A stretch of 64,000 nucleotides of DNA from Alphaproteobacteria bacterium (GTDB taxonomy: Bacteria; Pseudomonadota; Alphaproteobacteria; RF32; CAG-239). Under the pieces are notes generated by a model. The model had not been told where the DNA came from. It saw nothing but the letters and a program-made list of their open reading frames with translations, and did not search any database. A program made the translations under genes and the position numbers. Shown here piece by piece: positions 26,325 through 36,733 of this stretch; position 1 is the first letter of the stretch; each line of letters opens with the position of its first letter. The stretch covers positions 5,563 to 69,562 of the forward strand of contig SUUR01000005.1 of the NCBI GenBank assembly GCA_015062435.1, given 5' to 3'.

Positions 26325-29300
26325 TTAATAGTTTGAACAGTAAGGTGCATCTACAACATCTGATGAAGCATCTTCCCATGCCTTTTCATGAGTGTCAGCA
26401 GCAGCTTTATTGGCTTTAGCTGACTTAATTTTAGCATCAAGCTCAGCTTCGGTTGTTATCTCGTCTCCAATATTTACCATTTCATCACTATCTTGTTGAA
26501 GTCTGGCAATTATGTTTTTAAGAGTATCAACTCGCTCGGCAACAACAGGATTGTCCTCTGTTTTGATATTTTGTTGCAACGATTTGGCCTCATCTATAAG
26601 AGCATTTTTTATCTCATCTATACTACTTCTTACTTCATTGTATACTGCATCATCTGCAAGATTTATATCTTCCGCAGGTTCATATCCGAAATTTCTTAAG
26701 AAAGTTAAAAGTTCTGCCTGCTTTTCTTTATAATCATTTTCAGTTTCTTCCAATTGCTCTCTGGTCATCTTTTCGTTTTCTTTATATACCAGATAATTTC
26801 CTATTTGATTACGTGCAAATGGTGCGTTCTCCACCGAAGCTAAATCTTTTTTATGATTTTTACTGTCATCCATTTGTTTATCCTCTTTCCAAAGAGTATA
26901 AAAGGCATCATAAACATTATCTTTGAACATTAGCTGGTTATCACTGTTGATGGTCAGAAATATACCGAGTTCACTATATTTACAATTTGTGTCTGCCGTA
27001 GCATCTCCAGTACGAACATTAACTTTGTGCGCACCGTGATATATATGATTGTCTTTTATAGTTAATCCGTTACATTCATGCAAATCCGGACCGCCCATAA
27101 CCGGTACATATTCTCCTTTAGCGTTAATATCAACAGCTGTATTACTGCCTTTAATGCGACATGGAAGAGTTCCTTGTCGGAAAAACATTTCGCTTTCACA
27201 GCCTAAAGTTAAAATTTTATCCATTGAAATAGGGGTTTCCACAAACGCAAAATCTCGTAAAATATATTTCCATGCCTGAGGAATTTCTCCACCATAATTC
27301 AAAAAGTCTTTATTGGAAATAGGAGTGTTGTCCTTGCCTCTCTTCTCGCTAATCGGTTTTACATTTTGAAAATCAACATCGTCAAAATGGAACATTTCTC
27401 TTATATTAGGTAAGTTTTGCTCAAACATTGCTTTAGGAGCTCTTAAATCCCTTGATTTTGCAGGATATCCTACAAAATAATCCTCCATTTCCGGTGTGGC
27501 ATCAGCCAACATTGTTTTTGAAAAAATACTGATACTTGAAATGCTCGGCATTATTCCGCAATTAACACTTATTGTAAGAGCTCCGAGTTGTTGCATCATT
27601 TGTTGGTGAATGTTTACTATTTGCTGATGACTTTTCGGAGAATAAAGAGCATCTCCCATGTTCAATAATTGTCTTAAGGTTGCATCTATTACCGAATCCG
27701 CAATAGTATATAATCCGCTCAATGAAGACATTGCCGATTTCTCAATATCATTATATGCGGTGATAGCTTGTTTTGCTATTTCTTCATAGTCTACTTCTGC
27801 ATCCGGATTAGCAGCCTTAAAATCTTTAATCAATTTGTTTTTAATGACGGAGATGAGTCTATCTTTAACTTGTGAATGTGATGATGTTTCTTCTTCACTT
27901 ATCAAATCAAGAGCTTTATCTAAAAGTGTTTGGCGTTTTTTGGAAAATGCCACAGCCTCACTATTAACAGATAATTGCATACTTAATTTATATTCAATAA
28001 TTTCTTCATCAAGTTTTTTTAATCTATCTTCTAATTTTGTTAATTCTGCTTCTTGTTCTTTTACTGTTTTTTCAAGTCCTTTTATATCTGATTCTTCTTT
28101 ATTGGAAAGAGTGTTAGACGTAAACTCTTCAGAACGTTCAGAGAATGACACAACACCTTCAATCGGCGGACTATCCGGTGTAGGATCGTTTATACTATTC
28201 GGAAAAGTTTCCACATAGTTCACTTTATCTGAAATTGATTGTCCGGCATCTTCATGAGCTTTATCTCTGAGAGCAGACAATTTATCTAAATTTTCTTTGT
28301 GCTTTGCATTCAAAGCATCTATTTTGGCAGCAAGAGAATTGCGTTGTCTCTGTAAATCTTTTAATTTACTGTCATTAATCGGATCTTTTGCTATTTCGGC
28401 AAGTTCTGCCTCAAGTTGAGCAAACAAATTATATCTGAATTTTTGATACGGCGTTTCCGATATACTTAAAGTCTTTCCTTCAAAATAATCCGCAACAACA
28501 TTTAAAACATCTGCAGTGATAAAAGATTTAAGATATGTTTTGATGTTGGCATACTTTTTGGTGAGATATTGATTATAAAAATTCTTTTCGTCAAACCACT
28601 TCAACCTGTTTTGGGATTTAGGATTTTTCCCCCATTCTGCAGGATTGGCTGCTAACATTTTAGAAACTTCTGCTCCAACTTGCCAAGAAATAAGATTTGA
28701 ACGTCTGTTCTCTTCCGATTGTTTTTCAATATTCCGAGAGTTATTAATTGAAGCATCTTCTCTATCTAAAACATTTTTAGCAGCTGATGTATCAAATTTT
28801 GAGGTATCTCCGGAATCTTCTTCATAATCGAAATTAAGAACGGGAACATCTCCGCTATTAGTTTCTGCTGTTTTAACGGCTTTAATCGCCTCATAATATT
28901 CTTCTGCCCAGCCAAGAATGCCTCCGGCATTTTCTGGATCTGAACCATAGCATATTTCATTACATTCCTCAGGAGAACTTATGGTAAAATAACTGCAAAC
29001 ATAGTCTGTTGTACAAGCTTGTGCTTGTTTAAGAGCTTCCAGCGCTTCTTGATATCTTGTTCTTACATCTTCCACACTTTGTGCCGCCTGTTTATATGAT
29101 TCCAAACTATTTAAACGATTATGAACTTCTTTTGCCAGACTGACTTTTTCTTCAAACGGAGCTATTTTATTAAGTTCTTCTATTTTATCGGCTTCATACA
29201 CATAAGCATGTTTTTCCGGAGAATCCGGTGCAATATAAAACTCAAATTCAGTACTTTCGGAATTGTCATCATTTGGTGTTTCCGGAGTTGCAGATGCAAA

Positions 29301-30125
29301 AAACAAGTCATCTTGAACAGAATAATGAGATGACGCCATTATAATTTTATTTTCAATATCAAGCGATGCCTGCTCATCACCACTTTCTATTTCACTGATG
29401 TCTTCATAATCTTCGGGTTGAATATCCCTTATGGCCTTAACGGCAACCAATTGTGCTTTCAATGCCGTTATTTTAACCATAACCTGATAAAGATTATCAA
29501 CAGCTTCATAGGCTTTTCCGATTATAAAAGCAGCATCATTACTGGCATCGGGAGAACCTATGCCACATTTTTCGGAATCACCGGTGATACAGGCTCTGGT
29601 TTCTTCTATTTTAGGAATAACAGTGTTATTTAACTCTTCTTCAACTACTCTGACTGCTGTATATATCTCCCACATGCTTTCTGCATAAAATTTATCACGA
29701 TTTTCATTATATGCTTGCTTGATGATTGTATCATTGGACGGATACTCCAAAAGCACTTTACGGCTAAGGTCAAAAACATCTTCCACAGACGTGTTTTTAT
29801 ACTCTTTTCCTTTATAAATACAATTTTCAAGAGCCCGCTGTCCGGCGTTATCTTTAGATACATCAATTGCGGTACTTAAATTTCCTTCATAGACACTTTT
29901 TAATGCTGAAAAAATATTATTTGCATCGTTTGTTACTTGATTTTTCAAGCTTTGAACCTGTCTTCCCAAATCAGCAATTCCCTCCATTAAAGATGCTAAT
30001 TCATCCGGAATATCAGGCATCGGACAAACAGGTACAGGAGGACATGCGAAAGGAAGAAATGCCCAACTTCCGGTTGGTGAAAACATTGCTAAAAATGCAG
30101 TTGTGAATAAAATTCGCTTTAGCAT
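26325..30125 (-). CDS. ~1266-aa secreted acidic coiled-coil protein, unknown function (T4SS operon member)
   Basis: Start chosen at ATG 30125 (MLKRILFTTAFLAMFSPTGSWA), preceded by GGAGG. It shares one nucleotide with the upstream stop (TGATG). Long heptad-like E/K/L-rich stretches, plus a Cys-containing region near the C-terminus (LGCESEMFFRQGTLPCRIKG...HECNG...). Confidence 0.6.
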   Translation of the reverse strand: MLKRILFTTAFLAMFSPTGSWAFLPFACPPVPVCPMPDIPDELASLMEGIADLGRQVQSLKNQVTNDANNIFSALKSVYEGNLSTAIDVSKDNAGQRALENCIYKGKEYKNTSVEDVFDLSRKVLLEYPSNDTIIKQAYNENRDKFYAESMWEIYTAVRVVEEELNNTVIPKIEETRACITGDSEKCGIGSPDASNDAAFIIGKAYEAVDNLYQVMVKITALKAQLVAVKAIRDIQPEDYEDISEIESGDEQASLDIENKIIMASSHYSVQDDLFFASATPETPNDDNSESTEFEFYIAPDSPEKHAYVYEADKIEELNKIAPFEEKVSLAKEVHNRLNSLESYKQAAQSVEDVRTRYQEALEALKQAQACTTDYVCSYFTISSPEECNEICYGSDPENAGGILGWAEEYYEAIKAVKTAETNSGDVPVLNFDYEEDSGDTSKFDTSAAKNVLDREDASINNSRNIEKQSEENRRSNLISWQVGAEVSKMLAANPAEWGKNPKSQNRLKWFDEKNFYNQYLTKKYANIKTYLKSFITADVLNVVADYFEGKTLSISETPYQKFRYNLFAQLEAELAEIAKDPINDSKLKDLQRQRNSLAAKIDALNAKHKENLDKLSALRDKAHEDAGQSISDKVNYVETFPNSINDPTPDSPPIEGVVSFSERSEEFTSNTLSNKEESDIKGLEKTVKEQEAELTKLEDRLKKLDEEIIEYKLSMQLSVNSEAVAFSKKRQTLLDKALDLISEEETSSHSQVKDRLISVIKNKLIKDFKAANPDAEVDYEEIAKQAITAYNDIEKSAMSSLSGLYTIADSVIDATLRQLLNMGDALYSPKSHQQIVNIHQQMMQQLGALTISVNCGIMPSISSISIFSKTMLADATPEMEDYFVGYPAKSRDLRAPKAMFEQNLPNIREMFHFDDVDFQNVKPISEKRGKDNTPISNKDFLNYGGEIPQAWKYILRDFAFVETPISMDKILTLGCESEMFFRQGTLPCRIKGSNTAVDINAKGEYVPVMGGPDLHECNGLTIKDNHIYHGAHKVNVRTGDATADTNCKYSELGIFLTINSDNQLMFKDNVYDAFYTLWKEDKQMDDSKNHKKDLASVENAPFARNQIGNYLVYKENEKMTREQLEETENDYKEKQAELLTFLRNFGYEPAEDINLADDAVYNEVRSSIDEIKNALIDEAKSLQQNIKTEDNPVVAERVDTLKNIIARLQQDSDEMVNIGDEITTEAELDAKIKSAKANKAAADTHEKAWEDASSDVVDAPYCSNY

Positions 30126-31384
30126 CAGAACATTCCTCCCCAATCATCATAACTACCACCATCATCACTATCTTCGTTATTATTTGTGCCAGCATCGCCG
30201 TTGTTATCACCACCATTATTATCTTCTGAAGCAGTAGAAGATGAACTTTCAGATGATGAATCTTTTTTTGTTTCCTCAATCTCAGTAACATAATTACAAA
30301 GAGAAAAATTGCCTTTGATTTCGTTTACGGCAAGACCTTTATAATTGCGAACTTCCATTGCGGTTTGAACCTTCATATCCGCAATCATAATACTTATCAT
30401 ATCTTTCATGATATCTAATTGACGAGATAATGTTTCTCCCAATGCATTAGAGGCTTCAGACTCTCCTGGTGCCGTATCTGCAAGATCGGCGTTGGACTCT
30501 ATATCTTCTTTCATAATTTCTGATTTATCTCGAATAGAAGCTATTTGAGCAACGCTGGAGGTGACTGCAGACTGCATTTGTTGTATTCTGGCTGTTTTGA
30601 TTGCTATTTCTTCTTTGATAGATACAACGGCATCACTGGTTGCTAATTTTTCAAGATTCTCTTTAATCAATTGATCTGCCGTTTTACCATCACTAACAGG
30701 TATCTGAGTAATCACAAGTTGAGCCAATAAAATTGAAAGTTCATTGATCTGAGCATTTATGTCATTAATTTCCGGCTCATATTTACCATCTAATTCATCG
30801 AGCAAATTATTTTGCTCAGCGACATCTTGCTCTAATTGTTGCTCGATTTCAACTATTTGGGCATTGGCTTTTTCGGCATTAACAGTATCACCTTTGGTTA
30901 AAAGCACATCTGCATTATTTTTAAGAGCAACAATTTTACCGTCAGCTTCTGCCTTGAGAAGCTCTATTTGATCATTTATTTCTTTTTCTTCTTTTTCTTT
31001 TTTCTTGTCAATTGATACTTTTTGAGCTTCAAGTTTTGCAATTTTTCCTGAAATAATTACAGACTGAGCATACGGACTGGCTTCAAATTTTTCTTTAACT
31101 TTATTATAAAGTTTAATAATCTCATCTTTTAACCCTTTTACAAACTTAACAGCATTTTTAGCGAATTCAACACCCTTACCGACAAATTTTCCGAATTGTG
31201 AATTTTGAATTTCTTCTAATATTTCCTCAGTTTTAGATTTGATGTTTTGAATGGTACCGGTGATTTTTGATGCAGTCTTGGCAATATCAAATTTCAAAAA
31301 GAATGCTGAGGCATCAGGTGTTGCAAAAGTCATTGCAAATACCAGAAAAAAACAACATCTCAGATATTTTATCGTTCTTTGCAT
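30125..31384 (-). CDS. ~419-aa secreted coiled-coil protein, unknown function
   Basis: Start at ATG 31384 (MQRTIKYLRCCFFLVFAMTFATPDASA), preceded by AGGAG at 7-nt spacing. Helical, E/K/I-rich. G/D/N/S-rich C-terminal tail (SSSTASEDNNGGDNNGDAGTNNNEDSDDGGSYDDWGGMF). Confidence 0.55.
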   Translation of the reverse strand: MQRTIKYLRCCFFLVFAMTFATPDASAFFLKFDIAKTASKITGTIQNIKSKTEEILEEIQNSQFGKFVGKGVEFAKNAVKFVKGLKDEIIKLYNKVKEKFEASPYAQSVIISGKIAKLEAQKVSIDKKKEKEEKEINDQIELLKAEADGKIVALKNNADVLLTKGDTVNAEKANAQIVEIEQQLEQDVAEQNNLLDELDGKYEPEINDINAQINELSILLAQLVITQIPVSDGKTADQLIKENLEKLATSDAVVSIKEEIAIKTARIQQMQSAVTSSVAQIASIRDKSEIMKEDIESNADLADTAPGESEASNALGETLSRQLDIMKDMISIMIADMKVQTAMEVRNYKGLAVNEIKGNFSLCNYVTEIEETKKDSSSESSSSTASEDNNGGDNNGDAGTNNNEDSDDGGSYDDWGGMF

Positions 31385-31385
31385 G

Positions 31386-31934
31386 CTATTTCTCCTCATC
31401 AGTATCTTCTTCTGTTTCTAAACTGATAGCAACATTGTTAATGGTTTGAAGCCCTTCAAGATAATTAATTGCCCCTTCTAAAACAGCTATGCGCTTGACG
31501 TTTAATGCAATATTTTTTACATAATTTTTTACTTCGTTTTGAAGAACTGAGTTGTTGTCTTTGGATAATGATGATAATTTAGACATAAGGGCTTTACCTT
31601 CACCATAAATTTTTTGTACACCACCGGGTAGAGGAATAGCTCCTGAAGATGAATTAGTGGCAGGCAGTGTTCCTACCATTTGAGCTCTGGTAGATATGGC
31701 TTCAGCATATAATTGTGTGGCTGATTGCGCCAATAACTTACGGGTCTTTTCTGTCCAATCAGTAACTGTTTCTGAATTATCTCTTACCGGAGTATTTTCT
31801 TTGATAATAATATCGGTATTACTGTTAACATCTTGCGGATCTTTGATGTAGGATGGAATATCCAAAGCTATTGCATCAGAGGCGATTAGCACAACCGCTG
31901 TTATTGCAAATATCTTTGTAAATAAAATTTTCAT
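31386..31934 (-). CDS. ~182-aa secreted helical protein (VirB5-sized, tentative minor pilus/adhesin subunit)
   Basis: Start at ATG 31934 (MKILFTKIFAITAVVLIASDAIA), preceded by AGGAG at 8-nt spacing. Size, signal peptide and position downstream of virB4 fit VirB5-like proteins, but no motif could be verified. Confidence 0.45.
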   Translation of the reverse strand: MKILFTKIFAITAVVLIASDAIALDIPSYIKDPQDVNSNTDIIIKENTPVRDNSETVTDWTEKTRKLLAQSATQLYAEAISTRAQMVGTLPATNSSSGAIPLPGGVQKIYGEGKALMSKLSSLSKDNNSVLQNEVKNYVKNIALNVKRIAVLEGAINYLEGLQTINNVAISLETEEDTDEEK

Positions 31935-31951
31935 ACCAAATACTCCTACCA

Positions 31952-32467
31952 TTATGCAGTATAATTAAACTGCTTCTCTAATATTGAGACATATTTTTTT
32001 CCGATAAAGATATTGTTATATGTATATTTATCAAGCAAATCTTTTCCGGAATCAATTTTCTGCTGTATATCGTCAGCTTTTGATTCTATTTCTTCTTTAG
32101 CGTCTTCAATTTTTGATCTGATTTTTGCTAAACGTCTTTTTTTAGCTTCAATTCTTGCTTTAACCTCTCGGCCTCTTTCTTGTAATCGTTGTAAATGTTC
32201 CAGTTTTTCTTTTATTCTTTCCTCTTTGGCTTTTAATCTTTGTAAATGTTTAGTATTTATGTTTATATCTCCCAATTTTCCGACTTTCTCGGTAATAAAT
32301 TGTTGTGCCATTGTAGAATATGTTTCATATTGTGTAGTAATTTCTTTTAAGATACCGTTTGCTGTATCTACAATATTCACAATCCAATCAGTGGAAGCAT
32401 GGCAATTGTTGTTGCTGAAAAGCAACAACATCATTGAAAGCCATAATATTTTCTGCCACTGTTGCAT
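31952..32467 (-). CDS. ~171-aa secreted coiled-coil protein, paralogous to the N-terminal third of the 488-aa protein
   Basis: Start at ATG 32467 (MQQWQKILWLSMMLLLFSNNNCHA), preceded by GGAGAG. Its GKDLLDKYTYNNIFIGKKYVSILEKQ aligns with GLDVLDQYTYNDIAESKMYASTIKHQ in the upstream gene. Confidence 0.5.
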   Translation of the reverse strand: MQQWQKILWLSMMLLLFSNNNCHASTDWIVNIVDTANGILKEITTQYETYSTMAQQFITEKVGKLGDININTKHLQRLKAKEERIKEKLEHLQRLQERGREVKARIEAKKRRLAKIRSKIEDAKEEIESKADDIQQKIDSGKDLLDKYTYNNIFIGKKYVSILEKQFNYTA

Positions 32468-32480
32468 CTTAACTCTCCAA

Positions 32481-33947
32481 TCAGCTTTTATTCTTACGAT
32501 TAGTAATGTCATATTGATAGAAGTTGATCATGTTATCCAAATCTAATGAACCGGTGTATGCTTCTATCTGCCTAAGCGAGTTTTTTGCAGTTTGTGCGGA
32601 TAATCTGATAAGTTGTCCTTGCAATGATCTGACGTCTACTCCGGGCTTACCTTCCGGCATGGCAGGACTTCCTTCTTTTGCTTTAAAACCACCATTAACA
32701 ACTTCTGTTTGGATATCTTCATAATCTCCGGCTTGAGATTTCAGGTTAAGAGCCACCTCTAATTTGTTCTTGTTTAATTGGTGTAAAATCTCATCTCTTA
32801 TGACATTAAATCCCTCTTCTTCCGTAATATTTGCAAGTGTGGTTTTACATTTATCCAGTTTAGCCAAGTCCAATGCCGTTTCGCTATCTAATCCACATGT
32901 CAGAGCCATTCTTCTGGGAATGATAAATATTCCATCAGCCGAAGTTCCGTCATCTTTTCCTATTGAATCTGCCACTTTTAAATTCGCAAGTTCTTCTTCA
33001 GTGAAGTTGCGAAACATATAATTTTGATAATTGATAATGGTCTTAAGTGCTAATTTAGTACTATAAATTTTGAGCAATGTATTCATTTGCAGATCTATTC
33101 CTTTTGCCAACTCTATAATATTAGCATAAGTATCCGTTTTATTTGTATCCGGAGCATATTGAACCGGTTCCACAAAATTTTTTTCAAAACCTTCTGCATC
33201 ATTTACCAATTTTATGGAATCTGCCACCATTACAGATGCAAAAGAAACCATCGTATCTCTCATAACTTTAGGAGCATCATAGGGGTTAAGTGATTGCTCT
33301 TTTCGACGTTCTTCATTAAGTCTTACAAGACATTCATTTACAGCATCTTCTTTTAATGCATCTTTGGAACTTAAATTGTCACAAAACATAGACAATTGCT
33401 TGGGAATGATAAATGTTCCGTTTACATCTGTTCCACCATCGGGTAGCGATAGGGCCATAGCAAATGCCATGTTATCCTGATGTTTGATTGTTGAGGCATA
33501 CATCTTACTTTCCGCTATATCATTGTAGGTATATTGGTCAAGAACATCCAATCCCTGATCAAATTTACCTTTAATCTTCTCAGCCTTCTCTACCCCTTCT
33601 TCTATTTTTGCCTTATATTCGGCGTACATTTGAGCGTATTCTTCTGCTCTTGCCCGATATTCATTTACTTTTTTTATGATTGCTTCAGCTTTTTCTTTGT
33701 TTTTGATAATGTACTCTTGCACGGTTGCAGCAGCTGTACCGATTGCTGCCGCAGTTTTTTGAACAGTAATCATCGCATTAATTACTGTTTGAGATTGTTG
33801 AATTTGAGTAAACCATTGCTTGATGGTTTTGATAAGGCTCCAATTATCTATTGCTGGTATTTGTGCATGAGAAACAGTCGGAAGCTGAACACAAAAAAAT
33901 GCCACTAAGATAGCTCTAAGAACTATGTTTTTAATCTCTTTTTTCAT
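32481..33947 (-). CDS. ~488-aa secreted protein with a coiled-coil N-terminus and an internally duplicated Cys-containing module
   Basis: Start at ATG 33947 (MKKEIKNIVLRAILVAFFCVQLPTVSHAQ), preceded by GGAGGA. Duplicated module: GTFIIPKQLSMFCDNLSSKDALKEDAVNEC and DGIFIIPRRMALTCGLDSETALDLAKLDKC. Confidence 0.55.
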   Translation of the reverse strand: MKKEIKNIVLRAILVAFFCVQLPTVSHAQIPAIDNWSLIKTIKQWFTQIQQSQTVINAMITVQKTAAAIGTAAATVQEYIIKNKEKAEAIIKKVNEYRARAEEYAQMYAEYKAKIEEGVEKAEKIKGKFDQGLDVLDQYTYNDIAESKMYASTIKHQDNMAFAMALSLPDGGTDVNGTFIIPKQLSMFCDNLSSKDALKEDAVNECLVRLNEERRKEQSLNPYDAPKVMRDTMVSFASVMVADSIKLVNDAEGFEKNFVEPVQYAPDTNKTDTYANIIELAKGIDLQMNTLLKIYSTKLALKTIINYQNYMFRNFTEEELANLKVADSIGKDDGTSADGIFIIPRRMALTCGLDSETALDLAKLDKCKTTLANITEEEGFNVIRDEILHQLNKNKLEVALNLKSQAGDYEDIQTEVVNGGFKAKEGSPAMPEGKPGVDVRSLQGQLIRLSAQTAKNSLRQIEAYTGSLDLDNMINFYQYDITNRKNKS

Positions 33948-34023
33948 ATTATCCTCCAAACCGCTTCTAATAATTCAGTATATCATGTTTATGTATCAGC
34001 TCCAAGCAAATAGTCACAAATTT

Positions 34024-36453
34024 CTAAATATTTAAATATTTTGTAACAAAGTTCTCTTCGCCATATTCTTTAATCAGTTCCTCAACCAATAATACATTTT
34101 TACGACCAGAGTTATATAAGCGCAAGTAGGGTCCCAATCCGCTTAAATCTACGTCTAAAATAACAGATTCACCTGTTGCCGGCCGAGATAATAAAATTGC
34201 ATAAGGAAAATCTCGATAACTCTTACCAAAAATAAAGTCTGTTTCTGCATTGGTAAGATTCCAGTTCTCATAGTCTTCTATGGTTGCTTGCGGATTTCGG
34301 AAGAAAATAACCGTTTGGCATTGTCCTCTGATAACTTCTCCCACGCCTAACCTATCTATAATGTTTGGTTGTTGGAACGCACATAAATATGCCTGACGTT
34401 TTTTACGCCCTTCTTGTAAACCGATAACAAAATAATCTCTAAACATCGGGTGTTTGAGCATGGGGGCGGTCTCATCTATCATAATCAGAGAAGGAACACC
34501 GGTTTCTCCGGTTTCAGATTGAATACGATGCATAATATAGCTAATTACGGCAGGAGCTAATGTTTCATCTTCAAATATATGAGTAAAGTCAAAAGCCATA
34601 AATCTTTTGGATTTAAGATCAAGACTATCTGTATCACCATTAAAAATGTTGCCATACTGATCAGGATTAATCCATTTAAACAATTCTCTACGCATGTTGC
34701 CTGTTGGTGAAAAACAACTCTTATAAAGATTAGTCATCAAACGCTCACTTGGGCGTAAATAATCAAATGCGGTGGTTACCGCTCTGGCAATTTCTTTTTC
34801 TGAAACGGCATCATCTACTAATGTTATGGCTCGCATCCATCGACGTAAAAATGCACGATTATTAGCATTATTTTCACAGTCAAACGGATTCAATGATACG
34901 TTCTTTTCATCACCTTCAAAGCCTACATAAGCTCCTCCGATTGCTCGAGTAAATATCTCGGCACCACGGTGTCTATCAAAGAAAAATACTTTAAGATCAT
35001 GGTGGCGCATTGCCTGACCGGCAAGAAACGTCAATAAGGTGGTTTTACCTTGTCCGGTAGGACCGATGATACAACAGTGAGCAACAGCAGAATCCTCGCC
35101 GGAAACATGAAACTGGAATCGATATGCCGAACCGGAGGCCGTACGAAAAACCGTAATCGCTCCTTTTCCCCAATCACTTTTACCAAATCCTTCTGACGGT
35201 TTATCAAAACAAATGGCTGCAGCAACTACTCTTGATAAGTAACGATACGTTCTGGGTAAAGCCTCATATGTCGGGAATTGGTTAAAAAATGTTGCCTGTG
35301 TAACCCACCCCTCTCTAACAGGAGTAACACCAAACAAGCGACAAATTCGTTGGACTTCACTTTCTCCAAAATCTATCTCCTCTTTAGTCTCTCCTTGTAA
35401 TATTATGGCCATTGCATATTCAGTAAGAGCCTGATGGTTAGCATCGCTATCTTCTATTGCTCCCAAAACTTCACTATATTGATTAATCACATCACCGGAG
35501 AAACTGGTCATCATCGCCATACGTTGTTGTTGCATCAGTAATGCTCGTGCTTGCGGTTTAAAAATCGGACGAACATTGTGCAATAAAACCAATTCGCTAT
35601 CTATTGAAAGAAGTGATGTGACCATGCTCTCATCCATATAGTCTCCCGAAGAACGAATCCCCATAGCTGCGGCATATTTTTCTTTATCTCCACTAAAGAA
35701 ACGAATAAGTCCGTTTTCTCCGGTAAAGTGGATATGATCAGCTGTAAGCAACTCATTAAGATGATAACCCTCTGCCCCATTGATTTTCGGTTGAGGTCGG
35801 GTTATCGGACTGCAAATCTTTGCATACACAGAGAGCGGTCCGTCTTCTGCCGGACTTCCCTCTGCTTCATAAAGGGCGGATATTCCATAGTCATTCAATG
35901 TTGCAATGAGGGATTGAGATGCATAATTCAAATCCTTCAAATTATCATCTCTATCAATTACGGAAAGCACAATATAGTGGGTGTTGCTATAAATACGGTT
36001 AAGGTTTGCACTCCATGTATTGTCTATAACTTCAAGCAATTCATTTTCAAAATCTTTTTTATTGTCTTCTAAAGCAACTCGTTCTCTCAAGGTAATTATA
36101 CGGCAAGTAATCTGAAGATCAGACATACCATCAATCCAAGCTTTTCTGGCCTCCATCATAGAAAGAACCTTTTCGTCACTGACAAAAGCCAAATCAATAC
36201 CGGTAACCTTAAATATTCTTGCCAAAGACCCATTATAGCAACGAATCGTCATACCATCTGACAACAATTTATTAAACGGCAAAAAGTCTGAAACTCGAGA
36301 TTCTCGCGGTTGAGGCAAAACCATATGCCCAAACTTAGTCGCCCAGAATCCGGCAAAAGCCGCAGCTGAGACAAATCCGATAGCAGCAACGATAACCTCT
36401 AACGTTGTCAAACCTTGCACAAAAGTGCTAAAAAAATCAAAATCAGGGTGCAA
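34024..36453 (-). CDS. virB4: VirB4-family T4SS ATPase
   Basis: 809 aa. Walker A GPTGQGKTT. Walker B PSLIMIDETAPML. N-terminal VirB4-like block DFLPFNKLLSDGMTIRCYNGSLARIFKVTGIDLAF. The annotated start is a TTG overlapping the virB3 end by 11 nt, so the exact start is uncertain. Confidence 0.9.
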   Translation of the reverse strand: MHPDFDFFSTFVQGLTTLEVIVAAIGFVSAAAFAGFWATKFGHMVLPQPRESRVSDFLPFNKLLSDGMTIRCYNGSLARIFKVTGIDLAFVSDEKVLSMMEARKAWIDGMSDLQITCRIITLRERVALEDNKKDFENELLEVIDNTWSANLNRIYSNTHYIVLSVIDRDDNLKDLNYASQSLIATLNDYGISALYEAEGSPAEDGPLSVYAKICSPITRPQPKINGAEGYHLNELLTADHIHFTGENGLIRFFSGDKEKYAAAMGIRSSGDYMDESMVTSLLSIDSELVLLHNVRPIFKPQARALLMQQQRMAMMTSFSGDVINQYSEVLGAIEDSDANHQALTEYAMAIILQGETKEEIDFGESEVQRICRLFGVTPVREGWVTQATFFNQFPTYEALPRTYRYLSRVVAAAICFDKPSEGFGKSDWGKGAITVFRTASGSAYRFQFHVSGEDSAVAHCCIIGPTGQGKTTLLTFLAGQAMRHHDLKVFFFDRHRGAEIFTRAIGGAYVGFEGDEKNVSLNPFDCENNANNRAFLRRWMRAITLVDDAVSEKEIARAVTTAFDYLRPSERLMTNLYKSCFSPTGNMRRELFKWINPDQYGNIFNGDTDSLDLKSKRFMAFDFTHIFEDETLAPAVISYIMHRIQSETGETGVPSLIMIDETAPMLKHPMFRDYFVIGLQEGRKKRQAYLCAFQQPNIIDRLGVGEVIRGQCQTVIFFRNPQATIEDYENWNLTNAETDFIFGKSYRDFPYAILLSRPATGESVILDVDLSGLGPYLRLYNSGRKNVLLVEELIKEYGEENFVTKYLNI

Positions 36454-36733
36454 ATTTATTCCCCTTTACTTTATATAAGTTGTTAGATGTTTTGGCAGCC
36501 TGCCCATAAGCTTGAATCATCGCTGAAATGTGCGGTTCTTTTAAACCGATACCAATACAAATCAGGTGCCCGATAACTATTGATGTCATAAACCACAAAG
36601 GATTGGCTTGCACAACTCCGACAAACATAAACATTATCGGAAATTGAATACCCATATTAAGAAGCGTAGGCAAAAAAGGCCCCCACATTATTTTAGGAGG
36701 ATTAGCTACAGCTTTGAGAATAACTTCACGCAT
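36443..36733 (-). CDS. virB3: VirB3-like small membrane protein
   Basis: 96 aa with two hydrophobic spans (PFLPTLLNMGIQFPIMFMFVGVV; LWFMTSIVIGHLICIGIGL). It lies immediately upstream of virB4 and overlaps it. Confidence 0.7.
   Translation of the reverse strand: MREVILKAVANPPKIMWGPFLPTLLNMGIQFPIMFMFVGVVQANPLWFMTSIVIGHLICIGIGLKEPHISAMIQAYGQAAKTSNNLYKVKGNKFAP

Noticed and set aside
32013..32546. 177-aa plus-strand ORF overlapping the ~171-aa coiled-coil gene
   Set aside because: It is antisense to a gene that has a signal peptide, an RBS and a paralogue. A/G-rich coiled-coil codons leave the opposite strand open by chance.
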